Shown here: in pieces, positions 31,982 to 32,000 of the stretch | How the letters are laid out: the number at the start of each line of letters is the position of its first letter | Position numbering within the stretch: position 1 is the stretch's first letter | NCBI RefSeq assembly: GCF_000015025.1 | Contig: NC_008578.1 | Span: 930,001-962,000 of the forward strand | Source of the DNA: Acidothermus cellulolyticus 11B | GTDB taxonomy: Bacteria > Actinomycetota > Actinomycetes > Acidothermales > Acidothermaceae | Direction of reading: 5' to 3' | Length of the DNA: 32,000 nucleotides | Made by a program: the position numbers and the translations under genes | The notes under the pieces: generated by a model | The model's input: the letters and a program-made list of their open reading frames with translations, nothing else | Databases searched by the model: none | What the model was told of the DNA's origin: nothing

Positions 31982-32000
31982 ATGCCCGCTCACACCATGG
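31982..32000 (+). CDS. 5' end of an unidentified CDS (runs off the window)
   Basis: ATG 31982 lies 6 nt downstream of a strong AAGGAGG (31969-31975). Only MPAHTM is visible. Confidence 0.35.

Noticed and set aside
1-32000. Search for mobile elements, prophage, tRNA/rRNA genes or a defence island
   Set aside because: No integrase, transposase or recombinase-like translation appeared in any frame. I noticed no terminal inverted repeats or tRNA-like cloverleaf. Apart from the flagellar operon, the genes look like ordinary actinobacterial housekeeping loci.

Overview
Very GC-rich DNA with strong third-codon-position GC bias, which looks actinobacterial. All calls rest on reading the translations and recalling family motifs; no database search was run.

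Nt 1-25492 is one same-strand (+) flagellar super-operon in three blocks:
- fliC (3' end), fliD, fliS and an unknown ORF.
- After a 260-nt gap: flgB, flgC, fliE, fliF, fliG, fliH, fliI, fliJ, an NlpC/P60+SLT cell-wall hydrolase, fliK, flgD and flgE.
- After two hairpins: flbD, motA, motB, fliL, fliM, fliN, fliO, fliP, fliQ, fliR, flhB, flhA, an FlhF-like protein with degenerate GTPase motifs, a YcgR-like PilZ protein and a small 2-TM protein.

Twelve gene junctions are 4-nt ATGA/GTGA start/stop overlaps, which implies translational coupling. Gene order mirrors the Bacillus fla/che operon, but every che gene and flhG are missing and a PilZ gene sits in their place.

Nt 25.6-32 kb is ordinary chromosome:
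- a TIGR03085/DinB-like protein (-)
- a YumC-type ferredoxin-NADP+ reductase
- a secreted alpha/alpha-repeat-like protein
- a DUF3145 protein
- a yybP-ykoY (Mn2+) riboswitch driving a TerC-family gene
- a convergent LacI-family regulator, and the first codons of a further + strand gene

I saw no tRNA or rRNA genes, transposases, integrases or a supportable CRISPR array.

The items most worth follow-up:
- the hydrolase fusion at the FlgJ/YlxF position
- the pseudo-GTPase FlhF-like, PilZ and small-membrane-protein tail module in a che-less operon
- a conserved 36-nt box duplicated at 72-nt period across the last stop codon
- a perfect 30-bp tandem duplication in a stretch with coding-like periodicity but no clean gene
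- a 20-bp tandem repeat forming the flgE leader

The many long antisense or out-of-frame ORFs in the track are treated as high-GC artefacts.
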